Below, piece by piece: positions 55,144 through 64,000 of a stretch of 64,000 bases of DNA. The notes under the pieces are model-generated. The model ran no database searches, had not been told where the DNA came from, and saw nothing but the letters and a program-made list of their open reading frames with translations. The first letter of the stretch is position 1, and each line of letters opens with the position of its first letter. The DNA is taken from positions 4,852-68,851 of the forward strand of contig JASKKR010000001.1 of the NCBI GenBank assembly GCA_030154085.1, read 5' to 3'. This stretch comes from Candidatus Cloacimonadota bacterium (lineage in GTDB: Bacteria; Cloacimonadota; Cloacimonadia; Cloacimonadales; Cloacimonadaceae). The position numbers and the translations under genes were made by a program.

Positions 55144-55557
55144 ATGCTTATTCAACAACGAGAAGCACTTTATACCCTTATCTGCAGCATCGTCTTCATC
55201 ATCCTGAAGGCAGTGCTGTTTCCCAATATCGGTGATCACGATCCCGAATTTACTCTTGGGCTGTTGGCTTTGTTCAATATCTTGCTGTGGGTGATCCGCT
55301 ACTCACTGAAATTCAGGTTTAAAACTTTGGATAAGATGGATAAAACCATCCGCTTTCAGGCTGGGATGATTGCCATTCATGGAGTAATGGCAGTGATGTT
55401 TATCTATACCATAGTGCTATATCTGCTGCATCGAGGCACGCTGATAGTACCCCTGCAACAGGTACTCAATCTGATGTATTTCACTTGGATGTCATTGTAC
55501 TTGTTCTGGACGATCTTCATCCTGGTGTTTTATAAAAAGGGAGTGCTAAATATCTAA
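55144..55557 (+). CDS. Small 4-TM membrane protein (DUF2178-like?)
   Basis: 137 aa with four hydrophobic helices. A charged loop LDKMDKTIRFQAG lies between TM2 and TM3. The family guess rests only on layout and on the neighbouring HTH relic. Confidence 0.4.
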   Translation: MLIQQREALYTLICSIVFIILKAVLFPNIGDHDPEFTLGLLALFNILLWVIRYSLKFRFKTLDKMDKTIRFQAGMIAIHGVMAVMFIYTIVLYLLHRGTLIVPLQQVLNLMYFTWMSLYLFWTIFILVFYKKGVLNI

Positions 55558-55747
55558 GCAGGCACCGTGCTTCCGGAACGAAATCCGCAGGTTGCGCTTT
55601 GAGCAGAATGAGATAACTCAGGAAGAGCTGCCTCTTAAGGCAGTTTGTAAAAATGGGAGTATGCCATCCATCCGAAAACACTTGACGAAATGCACAAAGC
55701 CAAATACTCTTGTAAAGTTATTCTATACATTTATTCAGAAAGCTTGA
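55550..55747 (+). pseudogene. Possible relic of a small XRE-family HTH regulator
   Basis: An open frame with no start codon reads ...FRNEIRRLRFEQNEITQEELPLKAV...SIRKHL. The RxLRxExxxTQEEL part looks like helix 1-2 of XRE/YozG-type regulators; the rest is degenerate. Confidence 0.25.
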
Positions 55748-55784
55748 CTGATCTGCAGATTCAAATCTGCCAGGATTAAAATGA

Positions 55785-56753
55785 ATGAAATATTTAAAAC
55801 TTATTGCGATTGAATATGGAATCTGGCTCTATATTATAGCCTGTTTGGCTTGGCTATTATTTCGCTTGTTTGCGCTCAGCATGCCAGCTTGGTTTATCTT
55901 GATAGAGCCATTGTTATTGGCAGCGCTGCTCGTTATCAGCGGTAGCTCTGTAGCAGCAAAGATCAGTGGGGAAGAGAAAGTCAAGGGATTTTGGCAATAC
56001 GAAGCAGCTCTAGCAATTCTGCTTTCAATTGTGATGGCTTGGGTGATCGTAGAAGTCCGACCATTGGCGTTTATAACCCAGGGCTCAAATACCACTGCGA
56101 TATTAAAAGGTCTCTTTAATCCTAATACTGAACAATTGGTGCCAATGCTGGCAGCACTGGTTGAAACGATTTATTTAGCACTTTTGGCAACCGTTCTTGC
56201 CATTCCTTTTGCCTTTCTGCTTTCTTTTTTTGCCGCCAAAAATCTGATGTTTGATTCGCTGATCGGACGCATCGTGTACTTTTTGATCCGCACTATCTCT
56301 ACCATCTTTCGCTCAATCGAGGCTATCGTTTGGGCAATCATCTTTGTAGTCTGGGTGGGCATTGGTCCTTTTGCCGGCATGCTGGCGCTCTGGATCCACT
56401 CGGTAGCTGCGCTTATTAAACTTTATAGTGAGCAGATAGAAAATATAGATCCAGGTCCCGTAGAAGCAATCAAAGCCACCGGAGCCTCCACTTTGCAGAT
56501 CTGGCGTTATGCTGTGGCACCCCAGATTTTGGCACCATATCTGGCATTTACTATTTATCGTTGGGATATAAATGTGCGCATGGCAACAATCGTCGGTTTC
56601 GTTGGTGGCGGGGGCATCGGCTTGGCACTCTATCAACAGCAACAGATGCTTTCTTGGCGTAATGTCGGGCTGATCATCTGGCTCATTGCCCTGGTGGTCT
56701 GGATCATGGACATCTTTTCCGGATACATCCGCGAAAAACTCATCTCAAACTAA
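55785..56753 (+). CDS. ABC transporter permease, PhnE (phosphonate) type
   Basis: The EAA-loop region VEAIKATGASTLQIWRYAVAPQILAPYLAFTIYRWDINVRMATIVGFVGGGGIG closely follows the PhnE pattern. No ATPase or binding-protein gene is adjacent. Confidence 0.6.
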   Translation: MKYLKLIAIEYGIWLYIIACLAWLLFRLFALSMPAWFILIEPLLLAALLVISGSSVAAKISGEEKVKGFWQYEAALAILLSIVMAWVIVEVRPLAFITQGSNTTAILKGLFNPNTEQLVPMLAALVETIYLALLATVLAIPFAFLLSFFAAKNLMFDSLIGRIVYFLIRTISTIFRSIEAIVWAIIFVVWVGIGPFAGMLALWIHSVAALIKLYSEQIENIDPGPVEAIKATGASTLQIWRYAVAPQILAPYLAFTIYRWDINVRMATIVGFVGGGGIGLALYQQQQMLSWRNVGLIIWLIALVVWIMDIFSGYIREKLISN

Positions 56754-56766
56754 TTAGGGGAAAAAT

Positions 56767-58071
56767 ATGCAATACAATCCTGTAGAACTCATCCTCAAAA
56801 AACGCAACGGATACTCCCTAACTGAAAGCGAAATAAGCTTTTTTATCGATAGCTATCTAAAAGGGCAAATCCCTGAATATCAAATGTCGGCAATGCTCAT
56901 GTGTTTTTACTTTCAAGGTGCACAACCCAAAGAAATTATTGCTCTGACCAAAAGCTATATAGAAAGCGGCAGACGTCTTAGCTTCCCGGAAGACCTACCC
57001 GTGGCAGATAAACATTCAACCGGAGGCGTGGGTGACAAAATCTCGCTGATGTTGGCTCCAATAGCTGCGGCATTGGGACTTTATGTACCAATGATTTCCG
57101 GACGCGGCTTAGGACATACCGGAGGAACTCTGGATAAGTTAGAAGCCATTCCCGGATTCAATACTCAATATGATATGCAAGATTTTAAAGAGCTGGTGCT
57201 GAAACACAGATATGCCATGGTTGGTCAATCCTCCGAGATGGTGCCTGCTGATAAACGCATCTATGCCTTGCGAGATGTGACTGGAACGGTCGAAAGCCCT
57301 GCCCTCATCACCGCCAGTATCATGAGCAAAAAGATCGCCGAAGGAGCCCGCTATCTGGTGATAGATCTCAAGATCGGATCTGGCGCTTTCATGCCAAATC
57401 TGCAACGTGCCAAAGAACTCGCCACACATCTGATCGAAACCGGTGAAAGTTTTGGTCAAACAATCTCTGTGGTATTCAGTAATATGAATTCCCCCTTAGG
57501 ACACGCAGTCGGAAATGCCTTGGAGACCATCGAAGCAATAGAATACCTCAAAGGTAATATTCTGCCAGATACTCAGGAACTTACCACCACTCTCGTATCC
57601 AGGATGCTGATTCTTGCTAGGATGGCTAAGGATGATAATGAGGCGGCGAAAATGATCGAAACTGTGATCAAAGATGGCTCTGCACTTGCTAAGTTTGCTG
57701 AGATCATCGAAGCTCAAGGCGGAAACCCAGAAGTAATCCAAGACTACAGCCTCTTCCCTACCGCCAAGTATAAAGTGCCAATAATCTCCAAAGAAAGCGG
57801 TTATATCAAAGCTATCGATGCACGCTCAATCGGCTATGCCCTGGTGCGGATCAAAGCTGGACGCATGCAAACCGGGGACAGCTTGGACTATAGCTCCGGA
57901 GCTAAGCTCTATCCCAAGATCGGCACACAAATCTCAAAAGGAGATCTAATCGGAGAAGTGCATGCAAACGACAAAAGCAAGGGTGAGAAAGTGGCAGAAT
58001 TAATCCGCCAAGCATACAAGATCATGCCCGAAGAACAGGCTATAGAAAAGCTGATTTGGGAAATAATGTAA
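56767..58071 (+). CDS. Thymidine / pyrimidine-nucleoside phosphorylase
   Basis: DKHSTGGVGDK, SGRGLGHTGGTLDKLE and the overall 434-aa architecture. Confidence 0.88.
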   Translation: MQYNPVELILKKRNGYSLTESEISFFIDSYLKGQIPEYQMSAMLMCFYFQGAQPKEIIALTKSYIESGRRLSFPEDLPVADKHSTGGVGDKISLMLAPIAAALGLYVPMISGRGLGHTGGTLDKLEAIPGFNTQYDMQDFKELVLKHRYAMVGQSSEMVPADKRIYALRDVTGTVESPALITASIMSKKIAEGARYLVIDLKIGSGAFMPNLQRAKELATHLIETGESFGQTISVVFSNMNSPLGHAVGNALETIEAIEYLKGNILPDTQELTTTLVSRMLILARMAKDDNEAAKMIETVIKDGSALAKFAEIIEAQGGNPEVIQDYSLFPTAKYKVPIISKESGYIKAIDARSIGYALVRIKAGRMQTGDSLDYSSGAKLYPKIGTQISKGDLIGEVHANDKSKGEKVAELIRQAYKIMPEEQAIEKLIWEIM

Positions 58072-58115
58072 TACAGAAACAACACAACGGAATAAAAAAT
58101 TGATGGCAAAAAAAA

Positions 58116-58190
58116 TGGCTCCGGAAGAGGGATTCGAACCCCCGACCTAGTGGTTAACAGCCACCCGCTCTACCGCTGAGCTATTCCGGA
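58116..58190 (-). tRNA. tRNA-Asn (anticodon GTT), CCA encoded
   Basis: Folded by hand as a cloverleaf: acceptor TCCGGAA/TTCCGGA, D arm GCTC-AGCGGTA-GAGC, anticodon arm GGTGG-CTGTTAA-CCACT, T arm GGGGG-TTCGAAT-CCCTC, discriminator G plus CCA. A T-run follows. Confidence 0.95.
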
Positions 58191-58354
58191 ACACATTGAT
58201 TTTAACAAAATCCTAAAACATATGTTTTTTGTCAATAAGTTTTTTTTATCGGGCGTCTCAATCATCTATCAGACGGCGTATCCTATTGCAAATAGAAAAG
58301 CTCATGTTTAACCGTCTCGCCTTGCTATGAGCTCAATCTAGGTGGCTCTTTATA

Positions 58355-58762
58355 TTATTGGGAGTTTTCCATAAACTCCTTAAAATGCTCATATATGTCG
58401 ACCGGAAGCCGCTTTGCCTTGCCTCCGCTGGCATGCACAACAGTGAATTTGGCAGTAAAGCAGAGCTCTCCTAACGAATTGTAGACTTCCTGACGCCAAA
58501 ATCCTTTGAGCCGATTTATATCGTAAAACCAACTTTTAACCGTGACCACATCTTCTAAGTCCAGAGCTTTGAGATAATCCAATTCATAGTGCAGAATAAA
58601 TAGCTGGATGTGCATCTCGAGAAGTTTAGCAATCGACATATCCATCTCAGATAAAGCGTCACTACGGGCTGCTTCGAGCATCATTAGGTAATTGGCGTTA
58701 TTCATATGACCGTAAATGTCGCATTCGTACCCATAGATTTTCTTTTTAAATTCAAAGATCAT
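58355..58762 (-). CDS. Acyl-CoA thioesterase, 4HBT/YbgC-like hot-dog fold
   Basis: ATG at 58762 (GAGGAAG upstream) gives a 135-aa protein. YGYECDIYGHMNNANYL is the typical N-terminal catalytic-Asp region. Confidence 0.65.
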   Translation of the reverse strand: MIFEFKKKIYGYECDIYGHMNNANYLMMLEAARSDALSEMDMSIAKLLEMHIQLFILHYELDYLKALDLEDVVTVKSWFYDINRLKGFWRQEVYNSLGELCFTAKFTVVHASGGKAKRLPVDIYEHFKEFMENSQ

Positions 58763-58843
58763 GATCTTCCTCTCGTTTTTGCTTGACCGATAAAGGCAAA
58801 TAAAATATTCTGGTTGCAAATATCGGTTTTTACAGAGGATTTT

Positions 58844-61348
58844 ATGAGCCAGAAAAAAGTCAACCCAAAAATGCCTAAAAAAGTATCGGCAAAACAAAGC
58901 CCCTCACAAGTATCACCCTTGCCGACCAAACAGCTCATTCCGGGCAAATACCTGCCCTGGATCTTGATAGCCCTCTTGTATATCATTGTCAGCATAGTGT
59001 ATTTTCCTATAGCTTATCAGGGAATGGAGCCCCGTGCCAGTGACATCAGTCAATGGCAAGGCGCTGCCAAGAGCATCATAGATTACAATGCAGAAAATCC
59101 TGAACGAGCGCTTTGGACTCAAAGCATGTTTTCTGGAATGCCAACTTATATGATTTCATTCCCTCCCCGATATCCATTTTTGGAAGGACTCACCAAGCTC
59201 ACCGATAGAGTGATAAACTGGCGGATATTTCTGCTATTTATAGGCGGATTGGGCATCTTCGTGCTCCTGCGGCACCTTAAGATGGATCCCTGGATAGCTT
59301 TTTTTGGAGCAATCGCTTTCATCTTTTCCTGCCATTGGGCTGGACTTTTGGAGATTGGTCACAATACCAAATTCCGTGCCATCATGTATATCCCTTGGGT
59401 ATTTTGGGCTCTAATGTATCTGAAGAGCAAACCAGGACTGCTCTCTCTGGGCTTGTTTGCCACATTCCTGATCACTCAACTCAGAGAGAACCATCCGCAG
59501 ATAACCTACTATCTATATTTGCTCTTGGGAATGTATTGGCTATATCAGCTCATTATCAGCATCAAAGATAAAGATCTCAAACGCTTTGGAGTCTGGACTA
59601 TCTTGATTATTTTAGCTTTTGGACTCACCGCTTTGGCAGTGATGAATCCCTATTTGAGTACTTGGGAGTATAGTCACTATACCATGCGAGGCGGTGCAGA
59701 AGGTCTCGACAAAGCCTATGCCCAGGGTTGGAGCTTTCATCCCAAGGAAATCTTGAGCTTCATCATCCCCGACTTTTGGGGTGGAATAAATCAAAACTAC
59801 TGGGGATATATGCCCTTTACGCAAGTGTATAACTATTTTGGCATCGTTGTCTTGGCGTTTGGAGTGCTCGCACTTTGGAGCAAAGAGAAGCGCTTGGCAA
59901 TCTTTCTGTGGATCAGCAGCATTATCTTCACTCTGATGAGCTTTGGCAGTGCCACCCCCGCTCTTTCTGACCTCTTCCTCAATTACCTGCCCTATTTCAA
60001 TAAATTCCGGGTGCCTTCCATGACCTTAATCGTCGTACAGTTTAATGCCGTGATCTTGGCAGCGATAGGTCTCAAGAGCGTCATTGAGAATACCAATAAC
60101 ACGATACGGCAGAAAAACCTGCATCGTGCCTTTTGGATCTCCGGTGGGGTCTTTGTACTATGGCTAATCTTGGCAAAAAGTATCTTTGCTGGATTGCCGT
60201 TTACCACCGAGATCGAGACCATGCGCTATCAACAAGCGGGTGCCTTACAACAGCTGGATATGCTCAAGTCAGTTCGTTTGAATGCCCTGGTAAAAAGCGG
60301 CATCCTATCCCTTCTCCTACTCACAGTGAGCTTGGGTCTGGCATATCTAACCAGCATCAAAAAACTCAAAGCCAAATACTTCGTAATCTTAATTGCAGTC
60401 ATCACTTTTGCCGATCTCTGGCCATATACTGGGCAGCATCTGAAAAAACAAAACCTGCAGCACATCTCCAACCGGCAACAGGTCTTTAGGACCCAGGATT
60501 TTGATGAGTTCCTGCTGGCTGATGAACAAAACTTCCGAATCTATCCCTTTAATACCAATAATATCCGTGCTGCCGCCGAATGGGCATATTACCATCAAAG
60601 CATCGATGGATATTCCGCGGCTAAACTAAAACGTTATGACGACGTATTGAAAGTCATTAATGGCGATGGTCGTCGCGATGGTGAATTTATCCGCTATCTG
60701 CGGGGTGTCTTCCAAGAACAAAGCATAGAAACTCCCACTCCGGTGATGAATATGCTCAGTACAAAATACATCATCGTGCCAGACTCCCTTCCCTATGGCT
60801 CACGACTTCAGAACCTGCGCCAAGTATTCTACAATGGCAGGCTTTCGATTTATGAGAATCTGATGCATCTTCCCCGGGCTTGGTTTGTGCCGGAACATTT
60901 TGTTGTAGAAAGCCCGGAAGCCGCCTTGGCGGAGCTTTGGAATCCTGATTTTGACCCCGCCCGCATGGCGATCTTGGAAGAGGATATCGAAGATCTCGGC
61001 AAACCGGAAAGAGCCAAAGTGGAACAGATCCGCGCAGAAATGCATGAGCTGGAATATAACTTGAATGTGGACACGGATGCTCTGCTGGTGCTCAGCGAGG
61101 TCTACTACCCTGCCGGGTGGAAGGCGTATATTGACAACGAAGAGATCCCAATCTATCCTGTTAATTACATTCTCCGCGGAGTGAAAGTCCCTGCCGGCAG
61201 CCATACGCTCAGGCTAGTCTTTGCTCCAAAGAGCTACACGATCAGCAAGAAACTCAGTCTGGCAGGAATCCTCATTACTATCATAGTGGTGATTGCGGGA
61301 CTTGTCATCCATATAAGATCCCAAAAACGTGCAAGTAAACCCGCTTAG
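58844..61348 (+). CDS. Large polytopic membrane protein, YfhO-like (putative glycosyl-transfer family)
   Basis: ATG at 58844 (AGAGGA upstream). About 12 or more TM helices in the first ~530 aa, a soluble C-terminal region and a final TM, matching the YfhO layout. The family call is from memory. Confidence 0.45.
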   Translation: MSQKKVNPKMPKKVSAKQSPSQVSPLPTKQLIPGKYLPWILIALLYIIVSIVYFPIAYQGMEPRASDISQWQGAAKSIIDYNAENPERALWTQSMFSGMPTYMISFPPRYPFLEGLTKLTDRVINWRIFLLFIGGLGIFVLLRHLKMDPWIAFFGAIAFIFSCHWAGLLEIGHNTKFRAIMYIPWVFWALMYLKSKPGLLSLGLFATFLITQLRENHPQITYYLYLLLGMYWLYQLIISIKDKDLKRFGVWTILIILAFGLTALAVMNPYLSTWEYSHYTMRGGAEGLDKAYAQGWSFHPKEILSFIIPDFWGGINQNYWGYMPFTQVYNYFGIVVLAFGVLALWSKEKRLAIFLWISSIIFTLMSFGSATPALSDLFLNYLPYFNKFRVPSMTLIVVQFNAVILAAIGLKSVIENTNNTIRQKNLHRAFWISGGVFVLWLILAKSIFAGLPFTTEIETMRYQQAGALQQLDMLKSVRLNALVKSGILSLLLLTVSLGLAYLTSIKKLKAKYFVILIAVITFADLWPYTGQHLKKQNLQHISNRQQVFRTQDFDEFLLADEQNFRIYPFNTNNIRAAAEWAYYHQSIDGYSAAKLKRYDDVLKVINGDGRRDGEFIRYLRGVFQEQSIETPTPVMNMLSTKYIIVPDSLPYGSRLQNLRQVFYNGRLSIYENLMHLPRAWFVPEHFVVESPEAALAELWNPDFDPARMAILEEDIEDLGKPERAKVEQIRAEMHELEYNLNVDTDALLVLSEVYYPAGWKAYIDNEEIPIYPVNYILRGVKVPAGSHTLRLVFAPKSYTISKKLSLAGILITIIVVIAGLVIHIRSQKRASKPA

Positions 61349-61387
61349 ATCCCAAAAGCATAACTAAAGAAAGGACTAAATAGATAA

Positions 61388-62290
61388 ATGAAACAACGCA
61401 TGAAGATATCCGACACAAAAGCTATGAGCAGAACCCCACTCCCAACAGGCAAGAAGTTTCACAAACGCAAGCCTGCCCTCCAAGACTGGGTAGAAGCCAT
61501 TCTCTTTGCGTTTGTAGTTGCGATGATCATCCGCAACTATACGTTCCAAAACTTTATGATACCCTCATCTTCCATGGAAGAAACTCTCCTGACAGGTGAC
61601 TTCCTCGTAGCAAACAAGCTGAAATACTATTTTACAGATCCCAAACGTGAAGATATCGTCACTTTCCGCTATCCCAAGATCGAGTCCAACACGCCCGAAC
61701 ATCCGGATTATAAAGATCAATTTATCAAGATCTATGACCCTATTTATATTAACAAAGCCCAAGCCTTCAGTCGCCAGCCGCTAACCGCGTTTCACATCAG
61801 CTACTACGCGCGCAAGAACATCGTGAAAAGGGTGATTGGTATGCCAGGTGACATCATCGAGATCAAAGACAAGGTAGTATATATCAATGGACAGGAATTT
61901 TCCCGAGACTATGAGCGCTATGGTGTAGCTATCCCGAGTCCCCCCTTGCCGCCAAGAGTGATACAGGAGAGCAGACTCCGCCCAAATTCAATTGATTCCA
62001 TAAGTCTGATGAATTGGTATGACCCCTATCGGGTGATCAATGATGACCATAGTCCGCGTAAAATCTTTAATCGAGATTGGTTTGGTCCGATTCAAGTGCC
62101 TGAGAACAAATACTTTGTTATGGGCGACAATCGTGATGTTAGTGAAGACAGCAGATATTGGGGCTTTTTGGATCGCAAGGATATTACCGGTTCGCCGTGG
62201 TTGATATTCTGGTCCAGAGGTATTGAATTTAACAAACTCTACGATACTCCTCACATTAGGTGGAACAGGATCTTCAGGCGCGTGCATTAG
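61388..62290 (+). CDS. lepB: Signal peptidase I
   Basis: Catalytic Ser box IPSSSMEETL, Lys box VKRVIGMPGD and GDNRDVSEDSRYWGF. Confidence 0.88.
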   Translation: MKQRMKISDTKAMSRTPLPTGKKFHKRKPALQDWVEAILFAFVVAMIIRNYTFQNFMIPSSSMEETLLTGDFLVANKLKYYFTDPKREDIVTFRYPKIESNTPEHPDYKDQFIKIYDPIYINKAQAFSRQPLTAFHISYYARKNIVKRVIGMPGDIIEIKDKVVYINGQEFSRDYERYGVAIPSPPLPPRVIQESRLRPNSIDSISLMNWYDPYRVINDDHSPRKIFNRDWFGPIQVPENKYFVMGDNRDVSEDSRYWGFLDRKDITGSPWLIFWSRGIEFNKLYDTPHIRWNRIFRRVH

Positions 62291-63375
62291 GGCTATACAT
62301 CCACATCCCCTGGTGTCTCACGCGCTGCCCCTATTGCAATTTCTATGCTCTGCCCTATTCCAAGGCAGCGTTTGAGGACTATTATGCCTTGATCTTGATG
62401 CACAAAGCGCTCGTTTTACCCATGCTGGATCAGCCTCTGACGAGCGTCTATTTTGGCGGGGGAACTCCATCCCTGCTCTCCTCTGAGATGATCACAGAGA
62501 TCATCGAAGATCTCCCTTTGGCTGATGATGCTGAGATCACCTTAGAGGTCAATCCCATCCAGATCACCAGCCCATGGGTGGCAAAGCTTCATAAAAGCCC
62601 CATCAACCGCCTCTCTTTGGGCATCCAGTCCATGTTTGATGATGAGCTGATCTATCTTGGACGCAAGCATCACGCCAAGGAAATACCAGAGAAACTGCGA
62701 ATCCTAATTGACTCCGGCTTTGAAAACATTTCAGGTGACCTTATCTACGGTCTGCCCCACAGTAGCGTTGATACGCTTAAAAAGAACCTCGATAAATTCT
62801 TGAGCCTGCCTCTGACCCATCTCTCCTGCTACCTTTTGGAGTTGGATCAGGAGGGGAAATTAGCTGCTGACCGGAAGCTACTTCCGGAAGATGAGAAATT
62901 GGAAGCACAATATAAACTCATCCGCCATACACTAAACGACGCAGGATATCGACAGTATGAAATCTCAAATTTTGCCTTGCCAGGTCGAGAATCACGCCAC
63001 AACCTCCTATATTGGAAGGGAGATGATTTTCTGGCGCTCGGCGCTTCTGCCAGTGGATATTTTCGGGGAATTCGCTATCAAAATCCGCCCGATCTCTCGG
63101 CATACCGGCTTCAGGTAAATTCAGGCAAAGCTTTGGGAGATGAAGATCCTGCCCAAAATGAAGAATCAGACTACATCATGATGCGCTTAAGATTGACCGC
63201 AGGGTTGAATCTCAGAGAGTTTCGGGCAAGATTTGGCAAAGACTTTTTCGCTAATCGAGAAGATCACCTCCGCCGCATGATGCAGTTGGGATTCTTACTC
63301 AAAGAGGGGGACATTCTTAGACTTAGCAGCAAGGCACTTTTTATCTCCAATGCCGTAATCGGAGAAATCTTGTGA
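62260..63375 (+). CDS. hemW: Radical SAM heme chaperone HemW / coproporphyrinogen-III-oxidase-like
   Basis: YIHIPWCLTRCPYCNFY carries the CxxxCxxC motif, followed by GGGTPS. GTG start at 62260 overlaps the lepB end by 31 nt. Confidence 0.8.
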   Translation: MEQDLQARALGLYIHIPWCLTRCPYCNFYALPYSKAAFEDYYALILMHKALVLPMLDQPLTSVYFGGGTPSLLSSEMITEIIEDLPLADDAEITLEVNPIQITSPWVAKLHKSPINRLSLGIQSMFDDELIYLGRKHHAKEIPEKLRILIDSGFENISGDLIYGLPHSSVDTLKKNLDKFLSLPLTHLSCYLLELDQEGKLAADRKLLPEDEKLEAQYKLIRHTLNDAGYRQYEISNFALPGRESRHNLLYWKGDDFLALGASASGYFRGIRYQNPPDLSAYRLQVNSGKALGDEDPAQNEESDYIMMRLRLTAGLNLREFRARFGKDFFANREDHLRRMMQLGFLLKEGDILRLSSKALFISNAVIGEIL

Positions 63376-64000
63376 AGATCGATGAATTTCTAAATCTCTT
63401 TAACTCTATGACCGAAGGTACTATCTTTGCCACCCGGACTTGGTTAGTAGGTGGAGTAGTGCGAGACTTGCAGCTCGGCTATGATGACTTCGAGGATTTT
63501 GATCTTTGCATAGAGCAACCCTTGGGTGGATTACTTCTGGCAAAATATCTCCAAAATCGAGGTATTCCCCAGAGTATTGAGATCTTTGAGAAATTTAGCA
63601 CCGCCAGGATAAGTTTAGAAGGAATCAGAGTAGACCTCGTCACAAGCCGCACTGAGATCTATCGTAATCACAGACGTTATCCCAAAATCCGCTATGCTCC
63701 CATCCAAGAAGATGTCTGGCGTCGGGATTTTACCATCAATGCTCTATACATGAACATCTCAGATCGAAAGCTCCTGGATCCCTGCAAGATGGGTTTGGAT
63801 GATCTCGCCGCCAAGCGCATTCGCACCCTCAGAGAGCCTATGCTGGTCTTTCGTGAAGATTCTCTGCGCATCCTCAGAGCTTTGCGCTTTGCCGCCTCTT
63901 TGCGCTTTGACTTGGCAGAAGACACCGCAAAAGCTATCGAAAAAACCGCTCATTACACTAAACGGCTTAGCAAAGCAGCCTGGAGATTTGAACTACAAAA
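63372..64000 (+). CDS. tRNA nucleotidyltransferase / poly(A) polymerase family (CCA-adding enzyme-like), 3' end beyond window
   Basis: Absent from the ORF track, presumably because it has no stop within the window. GTG at 63372 overlaps the hemW TGA. The translation contains GGVVRD, DFDL and RRDFTINA. The frame stays open to nt 64000. Confidence 0.7.
   Translation, partial: MKIDEFLNLFNSMTEGTIFATRTWLVGGVVRDLQLGYDDFEDFDLCIEQPLGGLLLAKYLQNRGIPQSIEIFEKFSTARISLEGIRVDLVTSRTEIYRNHRRYPKIRYAPIQEDVWRRDFTINALYMNISDRKLLDPCKMGLDDLAAKRIRTLREPMLVFREDSLRILRALRFAASLRFDLAEDTAKAIEKTAHYTKRLSKAAWRFELQ

Noticed and set aside
1-64000. I looked for CRISPR arrays, integrases, transposases, phage genes, restriction-modification genes, toxin-antitoxin pairs and reverse transcriptases.
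   Set aside because: I found none. The only multi-copy sequence is the dispersed 105-nt element, whose copies lie 13-33 kb apart, so it is not a CRISPR array. No ORF shows recombinase, transposase or RT motifs.

Overview
This 64-kb window looks like a chromosomal segment from an anaerobic, diderm bacterium. From gene content I infer an FCB-superphylum or Cloacimonadota-like amino-acid fermenter; this is not proven. I call about 55 protein genes and one tRNA-Asn. I see no rRNA, CRISPR array, integrase, transposase or prophage genes. Housekeeping blocks are standard: thpR-recA-recX, rpsB-tsf-pyrH-frr, rplM-rpsI, gmk-rpoZ-like-udg, gcvH, tnaA, rex, clpB, folC-rnhC and lepB-hemW-cca-like. Between them lie four large secreted proteins (573, 1722, 885 and 889 aa) that share a T9SS-type C-terminal sorting domain. 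Three things stand out. (1) At 24731-33003 a tightly packed minus-strand module encodes two paralogous giant bitopic proteins flanking two 6-TM proteins and a 393-aa bitopic protein. It runs straight into rex, and I recognise no characterised family signature in any of the five proteins. This is my best candidate for an undescribed envelope system. (2) A ~105-nt intergenic element occurs four times. It has an invariant 22-nt core and a compensatory base-pair change in its main stem. (3) A YprA/MrfA-type helicase carries an inserted HNH nuclease motif. All family assignments come from motif recognition by eye and memory; no searches were run. Start codons were refined by hand using Shine-Dalgarno spacing, because the ORF track also reports GTG/TTG starts as M.
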